Source: an uncultured Saprospiraceae bacterium (GTDB taxonomy: Bacteria > Bacteroidota > Bacteroidia > Chitinophagales > Saprospiraceae). From it: a DNA stretch of 64,000 bases. The DNA lies in contig CALLPK010000008.1 in NCBI GenBank assembly GCA_938015415.1, positions 14,442 through 78,441 on the forward strand, read 5' to 3'. The first letter of the stretch is position 1. The number at the start of each line of letters is the position of its first letter. Below are positions 48,152 through 60,087 of this stretch, piece after piece. The translations under genes were made by a program, and so were the position numbers. The notes beneath the pieces were generated by a model. It saw only the letters and a list, made by a program, of their open reading frames with translations. It did not search any database and had not been told where the DNA came from.

Positions 48152-51100
48152 ATGGAATTCGTACACCTCCACTGCCATACCCAATACTCCCTCCTGGACG
48201 GAGCCAGCGATATTGCCACCATGATGGATAAAGCCGTTGCCGACGGACAAAAAGGCGTCGCACTCACCGATCACGGAAATATGTTTGGGGCCTTTAAATT
48301 TGTAGCCGAGGCAGCTAAAAGAAATATCAAACCCATCATTGGTTGTGAATTTTATCTGGTAAAAGACCGCCATATCAAGTCTTTTTCCCGCGCCAAAGGA
48401 GAAGCCGACAAACGGTACCATCAGCTTATGCTCGCCAAAAACCGGAAAGGCTACGAAAATCTCTGTAAACTCTGTTCCCTCGGTTTTATCGAAGGACAAT
48501 ACGGTAAATTCCCGCGGATTGATAAAGAGCTCGTACTACAATACCACGAAGGCATTATCGCAACCAGCTGCTGCCTGGGAGCCGAAATTCCTCAACTCAT
48601 CCTGCGCGGAAAACTGGAAGAAGCCGAAACGGCCCTCAAATGGTGGCTGGATATTTTTGGCGAAGATTATTATATCGAATTACAACGACACAGCGGCCTC
48701 GAAAATATCGATCAAACGGGTGTTAGCCAGGAAGATATCAATCAGGAATTGATCAAACTCGCTCGTAAACACAACGTGAAAATTATCGCCACCAACGATT
48801 CCCACTACGTCGAAGAAGAAGATTCGGCACCCCACGATATTTTACTTTGTGTCAACACCAACAGTTTACTGGAAGAAGAAAAACGGTTTAGATTTCCCAG
48901 CTCTGATTTTTATTTTAAAACGCAAAATCAGATGTCTATCCTCTTCAAAGATATCCCGGAATCTATGGATACCACCATGGAAATTTATGATAAAATTGAT
49001 ACCCTCAAACTAGAACGCGACGTACTTCTACCCGCTTACCCATTACCCGAAGGGATCAAAACCCAGGACGAATATCTCCGACAATTAACTTACGCCGGTG
49101 CTAAAAAAAGATACGGCGTCATTACCGAAAAAATCAGAGAACGGCTCGATTTCGAATTAAAAGTGATTGCGGCGAGTGGATATCCGGGCTATTTTCTGAT
49201 TGTCCAGGATTTTACCAGTACGGCCCGGCAAATGGGCGTCGCCGTAGGCCCGGGACGAGGATCTGCCGCCGGTTCTGCGGTGGCCTACTGCACCGGAATT
49301 ACCAACGTAGATCCGATCAAATACGATTTACTTTTTGAGCGATTCCTGAATCCGGAACGGGTTTCCATGCCCGATATTGATATTGATTTTGATGATGTTG
49401 GTCGACAAAAAGTAATCGACTACGTGATTGATAAATACGGCCAAAATCAAGTGGCTCAGATTATTACCTACGGTACGATGGCCGCCAAATCTTCCTTGCG
49501 GGATGTCGGACGAGTAATGGATGTACCACTTTCGGATGTGGATCGCGTCGCAAAAACATTTCCATTACAGCTCGGTGCGACTTTAAAAGATGTACTGGCA
49601 GAAGGTGATATTGCACCCAAGCTAAAAGCAAAATTAAACTCCGAGGATATGGACAAGGCCCACCAGTTTCGGGCGTTGGCGGAAGGTCAGGATGATATCG
49701 GACGAGTAATTCGGCAGGCCAAAAAACTGGAAGGCTCCATTCGAAATACGGGGATTCACGCCTGTGGCGTCATCATTACCCCGGATGATATTACCAATTA
49801 CGTTCCGGTTACCACGGCCAAGGATTCTGACTTGCTGGTGTCTCAATTTGATAATAGCGTTGCGGAAGATGCGGGGTTATTGAAAATGGATTTCCTGGGT
49901 TTAAAGACGCTGACCATCATCAAAGATGCCATTACCATTATTAAAGAAACCAAAGGCATTGATATTGATCCGGATGAAATCCCACTGACCGACGAAGCGA
50001 CTTACGCACTTTTCCAACGGGGAGAAACCATCGGAATTTTCCAGTATGAGAGTGGCGGGATGCAAAAACACATGAAGGAATTGCGGCCCACGGAATTTGC
50101 GGATTTGATTGCGATGAACGCCCTTTACCGACCGGGACCGCTGGAATATATTCCGAATTTTATTGCCAGAAAACACGGACGGGAAAAGATCGTTTATGAT
50201 TTACCCGCCATGGAAGAGTATCTTTCGGAAACCTACGGTATCACGGTCTATCAGGAGCAGGTAATGTTGCTGTCGCAAAAACTAGCCAACTTTACCAAGG
50301 GGGAAGCTGATATGCTGCGAAAAGCAATGGGTAAGAAAAAGAAAGCCCTGATTGATAAAATGTTTCCACAATTCGTAGAAGGCTGTAAAGCCAATGGACA
50401 CGAGGGAGAAGCCGTCGCAAAAATCTGGAAAGACTGGGAAGCCTTTGCCTCTTACGCTTTTAACAAATCACACTCAACTTGTTACGCATTTATTGCTTTT
50501 CAGACGGCTTATCTGAAAGCCCACCATCCGGCTGCTTTTATGGCGTCGGTACTAACGCATAACAAGAGTGATATCACCAAAATGACTTTTTTCCTACGGG
50601 AATGCAAACGCATGGGACTTGAAGTCTTGGGCCCCAACGTCAACGAATCGGTGGATAATTTTACCGTTAACAAAGCGGGACAAATTCGTTTCGGACTAAC
50701 CGCCCTGAAAGGGGTGGGAGAAGGCCCAGTGATGGACATTGTCAAGGGCCGGGAAGATGGTCCTTATAAGGATGTCTACGATTTTCTACAGCGAATCAAT
50801 TTTGGGTCATTTAATAAACGAGCGATGGAAAGTTTGGTGCTGGGGGGCGCATTTGACTTTTACGAGGAGCTGGAACGTTCTACTTATTTTGCGCCCAGCG
50901 GAAAGTACGATACGTATATGGAACACCTGCTGCGCTACGGTGCCGCCTACCAAAGTCAAAAAGCAAACGCGGCAAATTCGCTGTTTGGCGCCAGCGAAGG
51001 AGCATTGATTCCCAAACCAACCGTACCGGAAGGCAGAAAATGGAGTCTGGTAGAAAAATTGACAAAAGAGAAAGAAGTAGCAGGGATTTTCATCTCCGGT

Positions 51101-51673
51101 CACCCACTGGACGATTATTTATTGGAAGCGCAATTGGCGTCCTGCTCTCTGGATAAAATTGATAGTTTTAAAGGACGCGAAGTAAAGCTCGCCGTCATCG
51201 TCATCGGTGCTCAACACCGGATCAGTCGAAAAGGAACAGGCTGGGGACTATTTATCATTCAGGATTTTAATACGAGTTTAGAGTTTCCATTATTCAGTGA
51301 AGACTACGCAAAATTTAAGCATCTGATGCAGGTCGGAGAAGTGCTATTTATCACGGGCCTCTACCAAAAACGCTACAACAGCGAGGAGTACCAACTAAAA
51401 TTGACCAAAGTGCAGCAACTGGATAGCGTTGGAAAAAATACTTCTCACTCAATTGTCCTCAAACTTTACATTGAGCAGATTGACGAAAAACTGATGTTTG
51501 GACTGGAAAAAATTTGTAAAGAATTTAAAGGAAAACACAAACTGAAATTTTCCTTATTAGACAAAGCCCACGAAACGAAATTACATCTGGTCAGCGGAGA
51601 AAGAAAAGTGAATATTGATAATCGTTTTGTGAAGGAGTTGGAGAAATTAGGGGTAGAATATAAGGTGGTTTAG
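48152..51673 (+). CDS. dnaE: DNA polymerase III alpha subunit
   Basis: 1173 aa. The PHP N-terminus MEFVHLHCHTQYSLLDGAS, the polymerase core (GRGSAAGS, PDIDIDF) and the OB domain are present. Confidence 0.95.
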   Translation: MEFVHLHCHTQYSLLDGASDIATMMDKAVADGQKGVALTDHGNMFGAFKFVAEAAKRNIKPIIGCEFYLVKDRHIKSFSRAKGEADKRYHQLMLAKNRKGYENLCKLCSLGFIEGQYGKFPRIDKELVLQYHEGIIATSCCLGAEIPQLILRGKLEEAETALKWWLDIFGEDYYIELQRHSGLENIDQTGVSQEDINQELIKLARKHNVKIIATNDSHYVEEEDSAPHDILLCVNTNSLLEEEKRFRFPSSDFYFKTQNQMSILFKDIPESMDTTMEIYDKIDTLKLERDVLLPAYPLPEGIKTQDEYLRQLTYAGAKKRYGVITEKIRERLDFELKVIAASGYPGYFLIVQDFTSTARQMGVAVGPGRGSAAGSAVAYCTGITNVDPIKYDLLFERFLNPERVSMPDIDIDFDDVGRQKVIDYVIDKYGQNQVAQIITYGTMAAKSSLRDVGRVMDVPLSDVDRVAKTFPLQLGATLKDVLAEGDIAPKLKAKLNSEDMDKAHQFRALAEGQDDIGRVIRQAKKLEGSIRNTGIHACGVIITPDDITNYVPVTTAKDSDLLVSQFDNSVAEDAGLLKMDFLGLKTLTIIKDAITIIKETKGIDIDPDEIPLTDEATYALFQRGETIGIFQYESGGMQKHMKELRPTEFADLIAMNALYRPGPLEYIPNFIARKHGREKIVYDLPAMEEYLSETYGITVYQEQVMLLSQKLANFTKGEADMLRKAMGKKKKALIDKMFPQFVEGCKANGHEGEAVAKIWKDWEAFASYAFNKSHSTCYAFIAFQTAYLKAHHPAAFMASVLTHNKSDITKMTFFLRECKRMGLEVLGPNVNESVDNFTVNKAGQIRFGLTALKGVGEGPVMDIVKGREDGPYKDVYDFLQRINFGSFNKRAMESLVLGGAFDFYEELERSTYFAPSGKYDTYMEHLLRYGAAYQSQKANAANSLFGASEGALIPKPTVPEGRKWSLVEKLTKEKEVAGIFISGHPLDDYLLEAQLASCSLDKIDSFKGREVKLAVIVIGAQHRISRKGTGWGLFIIQDFNTSLEFPLFSEDYAKFKHLMQVGEVLFITGLYQKRYNSEEYQLKLTKVQQLDSVGKNTSHSIVLKLYIEQIDEKLMFGLEKICKEFKGKHKLKFSLLDKAHETKLHLVSGERKVNIDNRFVKELEKLGVEYKVV

Positions 51674-51674
51674 G

Positions 51675-51735
51675 AAGTTGAATCGTTGAATCGCTGCGCT
51701 TGTTGAACCTGCCTTTCTCCGGCGGCAAGTAGGTA
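51675..51735. repeat. Post-stop GTTGAATCG-family repeat after dnaE
   Basis: gaagttgaatcgttgaatcgctgcgcttgttgaacctgcc... begins 2 nt after the dnaE stop codon. Confidence 0.6.
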
Positions 51736-51745
51736 TTTGAAAATG

Positions 51746-51788
51746 AAAACCGTAGATGTAAGGCATGTCTTGTATCTACGGTTTTTGA
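51746..51788 (+). terminator. Rho-independent terminator of dnaE
   Basis: aaaaccgtagat-gtaaggcatgtcttgt-atctacggtttt followed by tga. Confidence 0.75.
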
Positions 51789-52026
51789 TTTTCAAACAGC
51801 AGTCGTAGTGCTTCTCCTGTAATCCAAGTATGGATCAAATATTTATATTCCCAGACAACAGGAAAGGAACCCGATCCAGTATGGATCGAATATAAGATAT
51901 CGCCTGGTAAAAATTCATTAATTCATTAATTCAAACTTATTCTAAAAAAAACAGACCAAAGAAGTGTGCACTCCATATTGTATCGGTCCTCGAATAGCAT
52001 GATTTTTTAAGAATATATAGTCCCTC

Positions 52027-53517
52027 CTATAATAAAGAAACCAGCTCCGTCACGACCTTCCCATCTTTCAGCTCCAAAGACAAGATATAATTCCCTGCGG
52101 GGAACTCCGCTACAGAAATTTCTATATTCGACTGGCCACCACTCGGCAGGTCAAGATCTACCAGCGTTTGCCCACTAAAATCATATAATTTAGCTCCTTG
52201 AATCGGACGATCCGCCGCCGAAGTAATCCGCAAAATATCCGTCGCTGGATTGGGGAATATTTTTATATCTAATAAGGAAAGATCAATATCTGTTTCTACA
52301 CTGGTTACGAGATCATCGCAGGTAGCCGTGCCGAAGCAGCCGTGCTCGTTGACGCGCATGAACCAGGCATTGATACTACCCTCGCTTTCGATCATCCCCA
52401 TTAATAGTAAATCTCCGTTATCCAACTCTACCAAATTTCGAATAGTCCTAAAATCGTCCAACGTCGGATAATCCGGATGGTAATATTGCTTGGTCCAAAT
52501 CGTATCGCCCTGGTTATCAAACTTGGTTACTACGCCGTATCGTTCTACTGGTATGTCGTTATCACTATGACTTCCGGTTACAAAAAAATAATCTCCCTTT
52601 CCTGTGGTCACATCGCCTCGTACAAACTGTTCCGTACTAGGATACTCAATATATTTATAAAATAAAAAATTGCCATTTGCATCATACCAATCCATCCGCA
52701 CCGGAAAAGGATTATAAACAATACGGTAAGCAAAATCATCAAATTTATCTACTTCGTATAATTGGACGAGGTTTCCGTTTGAGAGTTCGACTAAATCTGC
52801 TCTTACTGCCCCATTCGGAATTTTTTCTACCCCTGATACCTCCCAAATAATATTACCAAGGTCGTTAATTTTTGTCAATTGACTTTTGGGAGACCCAACA
52901 AAAATTTGCTGTTGCACTATTGCAGATAGTAGTATATTATTATCAGAAGAAACAATAGATTGAGTAGTATAAGCATAATAACTAGTATTATTGTAATTCC
53001 TAGACCATATTTCTTGACCTAGTGTATCTACTTTCTTAACATTGATTCGACGATGATAGGGTTCTGTTCTTTCATTAACCGATGTTATGTATAAATAATT
53101 ATTCATATTTAGTATATCAATCGGAAAAGAAAAATCTAAACTGTTTCGAAAATCTTCTCGCCAAACCGTTTGATTCACCATGTCCGTTTTTATAACTTGT
53201 AGATCGTTTTGAATTGCGTTGTTCTTACCATAAAAATAATTACCCCCCCCCATTTGTGTAAAGGAGTATTTAGGTAACAAAAAAGCAGGAATTTCAAAAT
53301 CTAAGCGACTGTTTCCCTCAGAATCAATCGTAATTATTGTCGACGTATCTCCGGGAGGATAAATTACGGGAATGTATGCTCGATTATTAGAAGAATCGAA
53401 AAATATTCCTGAGACATTTAGATTTTCATCTCCAACTTCAAAGATTTTATGGCCGTAAAATTGACCATAAAGTCCTTGTGAAAAGATTAAAAACAAAAAA
53501 ATGAGCACTTTTTGCAT
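52027..53517 (-). CDS. T9SS-sorted secreted protein of unknown function, beta-propeller-like
   Basis: 496 aa. It has the signal peptide MQKVLIFLFLIFSQGLYG and the C-terminus KIFPNPATDILRITS...YILSLELKDGKVVTELVSLL, a T9SS CTD. Confidence 0.65.
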   Translation of the reverse strand: MQKVLIFLFLIFSQGLYGQFYGHKIFEVGDENLNVSGIFFDSSNNRAYIPVIYPPGDTSTIITIDSEGNSRLDFEIPAFLLPKYSFTQMGGGNYFYGKNNAIQNDLQVIKTDMVNQTVWREDFRNSLDFSFPIDILNMNNYLYITSVNERTEPYHRRINVKKVDTLGQEIWSRNYNNTSYYAYTTQSIVSSDNNILLSAIVQQQIFVGSPKSQLTKINDLGNIIWEVSGVEKIPNGAVRADLVELSNGNLVQLYEVDKFDDFAYRIVYNPFPVRMDWYDANGNFLFYKYIEYPSTEQFVRGDVTTGKGDYFFVTGSHSDNDIPVERYGVVTKFDNQGDTIWTKQYYHPDYPTLDDFRTIRNLVELDNGDLLLMGMIESEGSINAWFMRVNEHGCFGTATCDDLVTSVETDIDLSLLDIKIFPNPATDILRITSAADRPIQGAKLYDFSGQTLVDLDLPSGGQSNIEISVAEFPAGNYILSLELKDGKVVTELVSLL

Positions 53518-55837
53518 AACTGTACTTTTTATATAATATAACTTAGTCTTTTAATCCTAAAAAAACACCAAATTCATTAAAAGAGTCTCTTAGTTATCAA
53601 TAATAATCTTTTGACTAATCAGTTCTCCATTTTCCAATTGAATCTGGATTAAATAAATACCCGTATTAAGTCCAGTTGTTTCTACTCTGGTGGAAAGATA
53701 GTTCCCTCTTTTTTTGAGGACTCCTTTTCCGTAAATATCTGATAAGAGTATTTGGGTAATTACGTCAGATTCACTTTTAATTTGAATATAATCTCTAGCC
53801 GGATTAGGGAAGATAGCAATAGTTTCGTTAACTGGTATTATTGAATTTTCAACTTCTTCCTTTTCTTGAGCCTGATCTTTGTTGATAAATTCTTTCAATT
53901 CAGGAATCGAGGTTGGAAGCATTTCTCCCGTCAATAAAAGTAATAAAGTCCTGGCGTATCCACTAGATAGTTTATAAGATAAACCGATGTCTTTTAGGGT
54001 TTCGACATCCTCTTTCGTTATTTCGCTTTCTGTTCCTGACGCTTTGGCCGTTAGATATTTTAAGTTAATTTCCTGAGTACTTTTAAATGCCGCCTGGTTA
54101 CTGTTTACGTTTGGAAGTGCCGCTAATCGATTAGCTGCTTCTGAAAAATCTTCTTTCTGCAAGCTTAATCCGTAATATCTGGCTTTCCATTTCCAATCGT
54201 TTAAAGGAGATAAGATATTTTCAGCAAAATCATAATCCTTCTTTTCGTCGGCAACATATAATCCAAAGTTAATCCATTGTTCAAATAGCTGTTCTTTTTT
54301 TACCAAATCAGTCGTAGGCGTTTCCACACTCACATAACCGGTTTCAGGATTATTTCCACCATTGGCAACGATTTGGCCTTTATGATATTCAATCCTATCT
54401 AAGACACAAGATTTACAGACGAATTCTGCATTAAAATTGTTTATATCTACTTGTCCGCCGTTTCCATTACCGGGGTCTATGAAATTGAAAGGGCCTATTC
54501 CATTTAAGCAATTATTTCCAGGTTCGTTTGCCACCAACTTCAAAACACTACTCAAATCATTAGGCTCCTGTTCTTGACATTCATTAGTGTTTTTATAATA
54601 ATACGTAAAATTGTTACTGGAAACAGATCTAATATCAGGATTTATACCAACGTCATCATTAAAGCAGTTAGATGCAGATAAAGCCTCAGACCCCATATCG
54701 GGTAGTGTTGCACTCCATGCTAAATTTTTATAGGAAGCATTTGGACTGTTGTAATCGTTTTCCAAAAACTGGGTGCTCGTATTTATACCATATAAAATGA
54801 TATCAACTTTCTCGGATTGTGTGAAGGTATTGCATTGAATCCGGTTGCTCATACTACCGCTCTCTGTGACGAATACTCCTTCACCACTATTATTAAATGA
54901 ATTATTTGCTACTGTAAAACTACTTTCGCCGATCATTTGAACAGCGCTTCCCTCAATATTACTAAATGTATTATTGATAATAGATACCCCCAATGGCCCC
55001 CCTACTCCCATTATTACAATAGCTTGTCTCATATCTGTAAACGTATTCCCACTGTTAGAGGAAGGACGTCCTATAATAATATTAGAGGTTATAGGATCAG
55101 TAGAACCGGCTACAATCCCTGCTCTTCCTCCAGTAAATGTATTTTCAGAGTCAATTCTTAGAGAAGAATTAAATGCAACAATCCCAAACTCATTATCTAT
55201 AAATTCAGAATAAATTATTTTTAAGTGCTCTACTTCTTCTCCTGCATTAGATAATCTAATACCAAACTCATTATTAATAAAATGACAATGATTAAATTGA
55301 CTTAGATCATTACTAAGAGAATTAACTCCAATATTATTATCAATAAACCATGCATTATTTAGTGCAACAGTGGGAGAATTTAATCCGTTACCATCTCGAA
55401 ATTGAGCACCAAGTAAGAGTCCAGTTTCTGCATTTCTTATAATGGTTTCTTGAGTCAGAGCTACTGTAATATCAGAATCACTATTAGGAGCGTAGATTCC
55501 CCGCCATTTAAGACCTTCCAGTGCTTGTGGGCATACATCAAGGGTAGCACCACTGGTTAATAATTGGCCTCCCTCTTCTATAACAATCCCAGCTCCTGGT
55601 TTAAAGAGTACTGTCCGATCAGTAATTCTTAAATCTCCACCATCTTTAATTATAATATCACCTACAACTGCATCTTCGGGCAAATCCCAGGTTACGGTTT
55701 CGTCAATTGTTATCATTCCTCCACCTGGAATTATTTCGTCTTCTACCCCATCACAAGATTGCGGAAAGTAAGGATTATATTCTATTGAAACAGGCCATAT
55801 AGTACTTGATGGATTCCATATACTTGATGAAAAACAG

Positions 55838-56891
<1,054 letters not shown>

Positions 56892-57040
56892 GGTGAGAGA
56901 TTTTAGGGTTAGCAACTATAGTTAAAACAATAAAACGTTGATGTAATGTAGGAAATATATCTCATAATACAAAACAATAATATCTTATTCCAAAAAATAT
57001 TTTAAAAATAAGTGAAGGTTTTGCATTCCATGACACTCCC

Positions 57041-57478
57041 CTACTCCCCATTCACCTCAATCCAATACCCATTCGGATCCTGCAGATATACCTGGCGAAT
57101 TCCATCGGGTCGGGTATTGGTCCTGCCCGGTAGGCCAAACCAGTTTTTAAAAAAAATCTGATGATCGGATAATTTTTTCATAAAGGCGTTCAGATCAGAG
57201 ACGCGCAATGCGAGGTGTACACCGATCACATCGGAGACCTTAAAATCTTTTTGCTCAATGAGGTGTAACTCCGTTTTCCCACCCATCGAAAACCAGCGGA
57301 TATGATCCAGTTGGGTCTGGTCTTCTATTTCTTTCAATCCTAAAATTTCCTGATAGAAATTGACCGTAGAATCCAAATCCCGGACCAGCAACGCGTAATG
57401 GTCAAAATGGATATCGATTTCCTGGGCGGATAAATGTATTGAGGTAATCAGCAGAAGAAAGGTTATTATTTTTTTCAT
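57041..57478 (-). CDS. Secreted VOC/glyoxalase-family protein
   Basis: 145 aa. It has a signal peptide, and HFDHYALLVRDLDSTVNFYQEILGL is a glyoxalase/bleomycin-resistance fold motif. Confidence 0.65.
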   Translation of the reverse strand: MKKIITFLLLITSIHLSAQEIDIHFDHYALLVRDLDSTVNFYQEILGLKEIEDQTQLDHIRWFSMGGKTELHLIEQKDFKVSDVIGVHLALRVSDLNAFMKKLSDHQIFFKNWFGLPGRTNTRPDGIRQVYLQDPNGYWIEVNGE

Positions 57479-57633
57479 TGGGTAAATTTACGTTATTTTT
57501 AAATTTGCTGGTTTTGGAATAATGGCTTTTTGCTCCTTGCCTTCCTTAACCTCATTCGATACGCGATAAAAAAGGCAAAAGCAAACAGCAAGAGACAAGC
57601 AGCAGCAAAACATTTATCAAAAAACAAATTTTC

Positions 57634-58164
57634 ATGATTTTTAGAATACTCCTCTTTACCTTTCTCAGTTTTCCCTTGTTCCTAAGTGCGCAAAACAATG
57701 AAAGAGATATTATCAAACTCGGTTATACCCAGGTCTATCTGGCCAAACAAAATAGCTTTGTACCAGGTCTTTTTGTGGAATACAACCGTACTTTTTATCC
57801 TCCGATTACCATTGGCGTAAGCGGCGGCCTCGCTACGACTAAAGGAGTCAAGGATGCACGGGACACTTACGATCTATTAACTTTTAATCTGGATTTTAAT
57901 TTCCTTTACGGTATTTTAGATAATGATAAAAATCAATTCCAGTTGGGACTGGGGATTTCGGCGCGTTCCTTTCAGCTGGAAGGCGTGGAAAGAGCGACCA
58001 ACATTGCGATTAAAACCAATAGTTTAAAAGCGGGTATCAGCGCACTAATTAACTATCATTATATTTTTGATCCATTGGTACTGGGATTCCGGGGGGCGGT
58101 ACAGAATTACTCAGAGGAAGGGGCGGTTTATTTTTTTGGAGGATTTTTGGGACTCCGATTTTAG
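57634..58164 (+). CDS. Small outer-membrane beta-barrel protein
   Basis: 176 aa. It has a signal peptide, amphipathic beta strands and a C-terminal ...FLGLRF. Confidence 0.5.
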   Translation: MIFRILLFTFLSFPLFLSAQNNERDIIKLGYTQVYLAKQNSFVPGLFVEYNRTFYPPITIGVSGGLATTKGVKDARDTYDLLTFNLDFNFLYGILDNDKNQFQLGLGISARSFQLEGVERATNIAIKTNSLKAGISALINYHYIFDPLVLGFRGAVQNYSEEGAVYFFGGFLGLRF

Positions 58165-58341
58165 GGCGATTAGTAATAGTACAAAAATAATAGCATCACA
58201 TTTTAGAGAGAAAATTCTCATAAGCTTAATTTTTCATTTTAATAATCCAACGCAACTACCTCTAAAAAGTAAAACTGTTTGAACTTTCTACCATCCTGAT
58301 AAAACCAAACCAGGCAAAATGACGTTAATACCAAAAAAACT

Positions 58342-58872
58342 ATGATCAGATTACTTTCATTATTTTCCCTTGTGCTCTTAGTAGCTTGTAATACCACCAC
58401 TCCACCGGAAGTTAAAACAGACAAACAGGTAGAGACCGTAGCACCGGACGCTACCCAAATTCCCGTCGTGGATTTCGCTGGCCTGAAGCCGATTTTTACA
58501 CAAAAGTCCGATACAACTTATATCATCAACTTTTGGGCGACTTGGTGTAAGCCCTGCGTAGCCGAATTGCCTTACTTCATTGAACTGCAAAAAAAGTATG
58601 AAGGGCAAAAATATAAATTTATCTTCGTTAGCCTGGATTTTCCCAAGCAGATTCAAAAAAAGCTCCTTCCATTTCTGGAAAAAAATCCCTTGCCAGGTGA
58701 GGTGGTGGTCCTAGACGATTCGGATTCTAATACCTGGATTCCAGCCGTAGACCCCGAATGGTCAGGAGCAATTCCTGCTACCATGGTCTATCATGGTGAT
58801 GATAAAATATTTGCCGAGAAATCCTTCCATGATTTCCCCGAGTTATCCGATTGGGTAGAAACCCTGAAATAA
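58342..58872 (+). CDS. TlpA-like thiol-disulfide oxidoreductase (thioredoxin fold) lipoprotein
   Basis: 176 aa. It has the lipobox LLVAC and the active site WATWCKPC. Confidence 0.8.
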   Translation: MIRLLSLFSLVLLVACNTTTPPEVKTDKQVETVAPDATQIPVVDFAGLKPIFTQKSDTTYIINFWATWCKPCVAELPYFIELQKKYEGQKYKFIFVSLDFPKQIQKKLLPFLEKNPLPGEVVVLDDSDSNTWIPAVDPEWSGAIPATMVYHGDDKIFAEKSFHDFPELSDWVETLK

Positions 58873-59023
58873 GCTGGAATACACTGAATTTCTACCGTTT
58901 CTATAGAAATCATGGAGATTCTATCGTTCTAATCCACAAATACTGTTTACTTTTAAATCATATTAAAATAACACGACTCCTGAAAATAGCTTTCTATTTT
59001 CTCGGGTCAAAAACTAAACATCC

Positions 59024-59743
59024 ATGAAAAATTTATTTTCCCTCGTATTGCTTTTAGCAATCTCCACACTTATGTTTACTGCTTGCAGTGATACTAGTAA
59101 AGTTGCAGAAAACGCCGCTGAATCTGTTGAGGAAACTGCCAAAAAATCCATCAACGTTGTCAAAGATCAAACTGCCCAGGCAGTAACCGTTGTCAACAAA
59201 GATGGTAAAGGTTATCAGGTTGGGGACAAAGCGGCTGATTTCAAATTAAAAAATGTTGATGGTACGGTCATGTCACTTGGGGACATGAAAGATGCCAAGG
59301 GTTATATCGTCACCTTCACTTGTAACCACTGTCCTTATTCCGTATTGTACGAAGATCGTCTGATTGACCTGCACAATAAAATGGCCGCAAAAGGTTATCC
59401 CGTCGTTGCCATCAACCCGAATGATCCAGTTGTACAACCAGAAGATTCTTTCGAAGGAATGCAAGCACGCGCCAAGGAAAAGAAATTCCCTTTCGTTTAT
59501 TTATTTGATGACAACCAGCAGGTATATCCGTTATTTGGTGCGACTCGTACCCCACACGTGTTCCTACTGGATAAAGACATGGTCGTACAGTACATTGGTG
59601 CCATCGATAACAATGCTAAAAATCCGGAGGCTGTCACGATCAACTACGTAGAAGATGCGATCATGGCATTGGAAAAAGGAACGAAGCCAGATCCTAATTT
59701 TACGAAAGCGATCGGTTGTTCCATTAAGACGAAGAAAATCTAA
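59024..59743 (+). CDS. Thioredoxin-fold redoxin-family lipoprotein
   Basis: 239 aa. It has the lipobox MFTACS and the motif TFTCNHCPYS (CxxC), and is redoxin/AhpC-TSA-like. Confidence 0.7.
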   Translation: MKNLFSLVLLLAISTLMFTACSDTSKVAENAAESVEETAKKSINVVKDQTAQAVTVVNKDGKGYQVGDKAADFKLKNVDGTVMSLGDMKDAKGYIVTFTCNHCPYSVLYEDRLIDLHNKMAAKGYPVVAINPNDPVVQPEDSFEGMQARAKEKKFPFVYLFDDNQQVYPLFGATRTPHVFLLDKDMVVQYIGAIDNNAKNPEAVTINYVEDAIMALEKGTKPDPNFTKAIGCSIKTKKI

Positions 59744-59744
59744 A

Positions 59745-59790
59745 GAATCGTTGAACCTGCCTGACTGCGCCACGCAGGCAGGTCGTTGAA
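59745..59790. repeat. Post-stop GTTGAATCG-family repeat with a cctgcctg/caggcagg hairpin
   Basis: gaatcgttgaacctgcctgactgcgccacgcaggcaggtcgttgaa begins 2 nt after the stop codon. Confidence 0.6.
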
Positions 59791-59856
59791 TAAAGTAATT
59801 TTCTAAAATTATTGACACCTCTGATTCTAAATAAAAATATCGCATAACACCCATCG

Positions 59857-59897
59857 AAGAGGTATGATTTCAGCTTGAAATCATGCCTCTTTTTTTA
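59857..59897 (+). terminator. Rho-independent terminator
   Basis: aagaggtatgatttca-gct-tgaaatcatgcctctt followed by ttttttt. Confidence 0.65.
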
Positions 59898-60087
59898 GTA
59901 TTTTCTAGAAATTGGCAAACGGCGAACAACTACTAATTATCATAAGTACTTGGACAAAATTATGTTTAGCTAAAATTTGGCGGATTTTTTAATTTAACTT
60001 GTCCAGGTACTTAAAATCACGTTAATTTCACTTTCTCCTTTCAAATACAAGCAACAATCCTTTTACTCAAGGCGTTTTTATACCGAT

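Noticed and set aside
48065-48499. 144-aa minus-strand ORF overlapping the dnaE start
   Set aside because: It is antisense to the conserved dnaE PHP domain and is a spurious frame.
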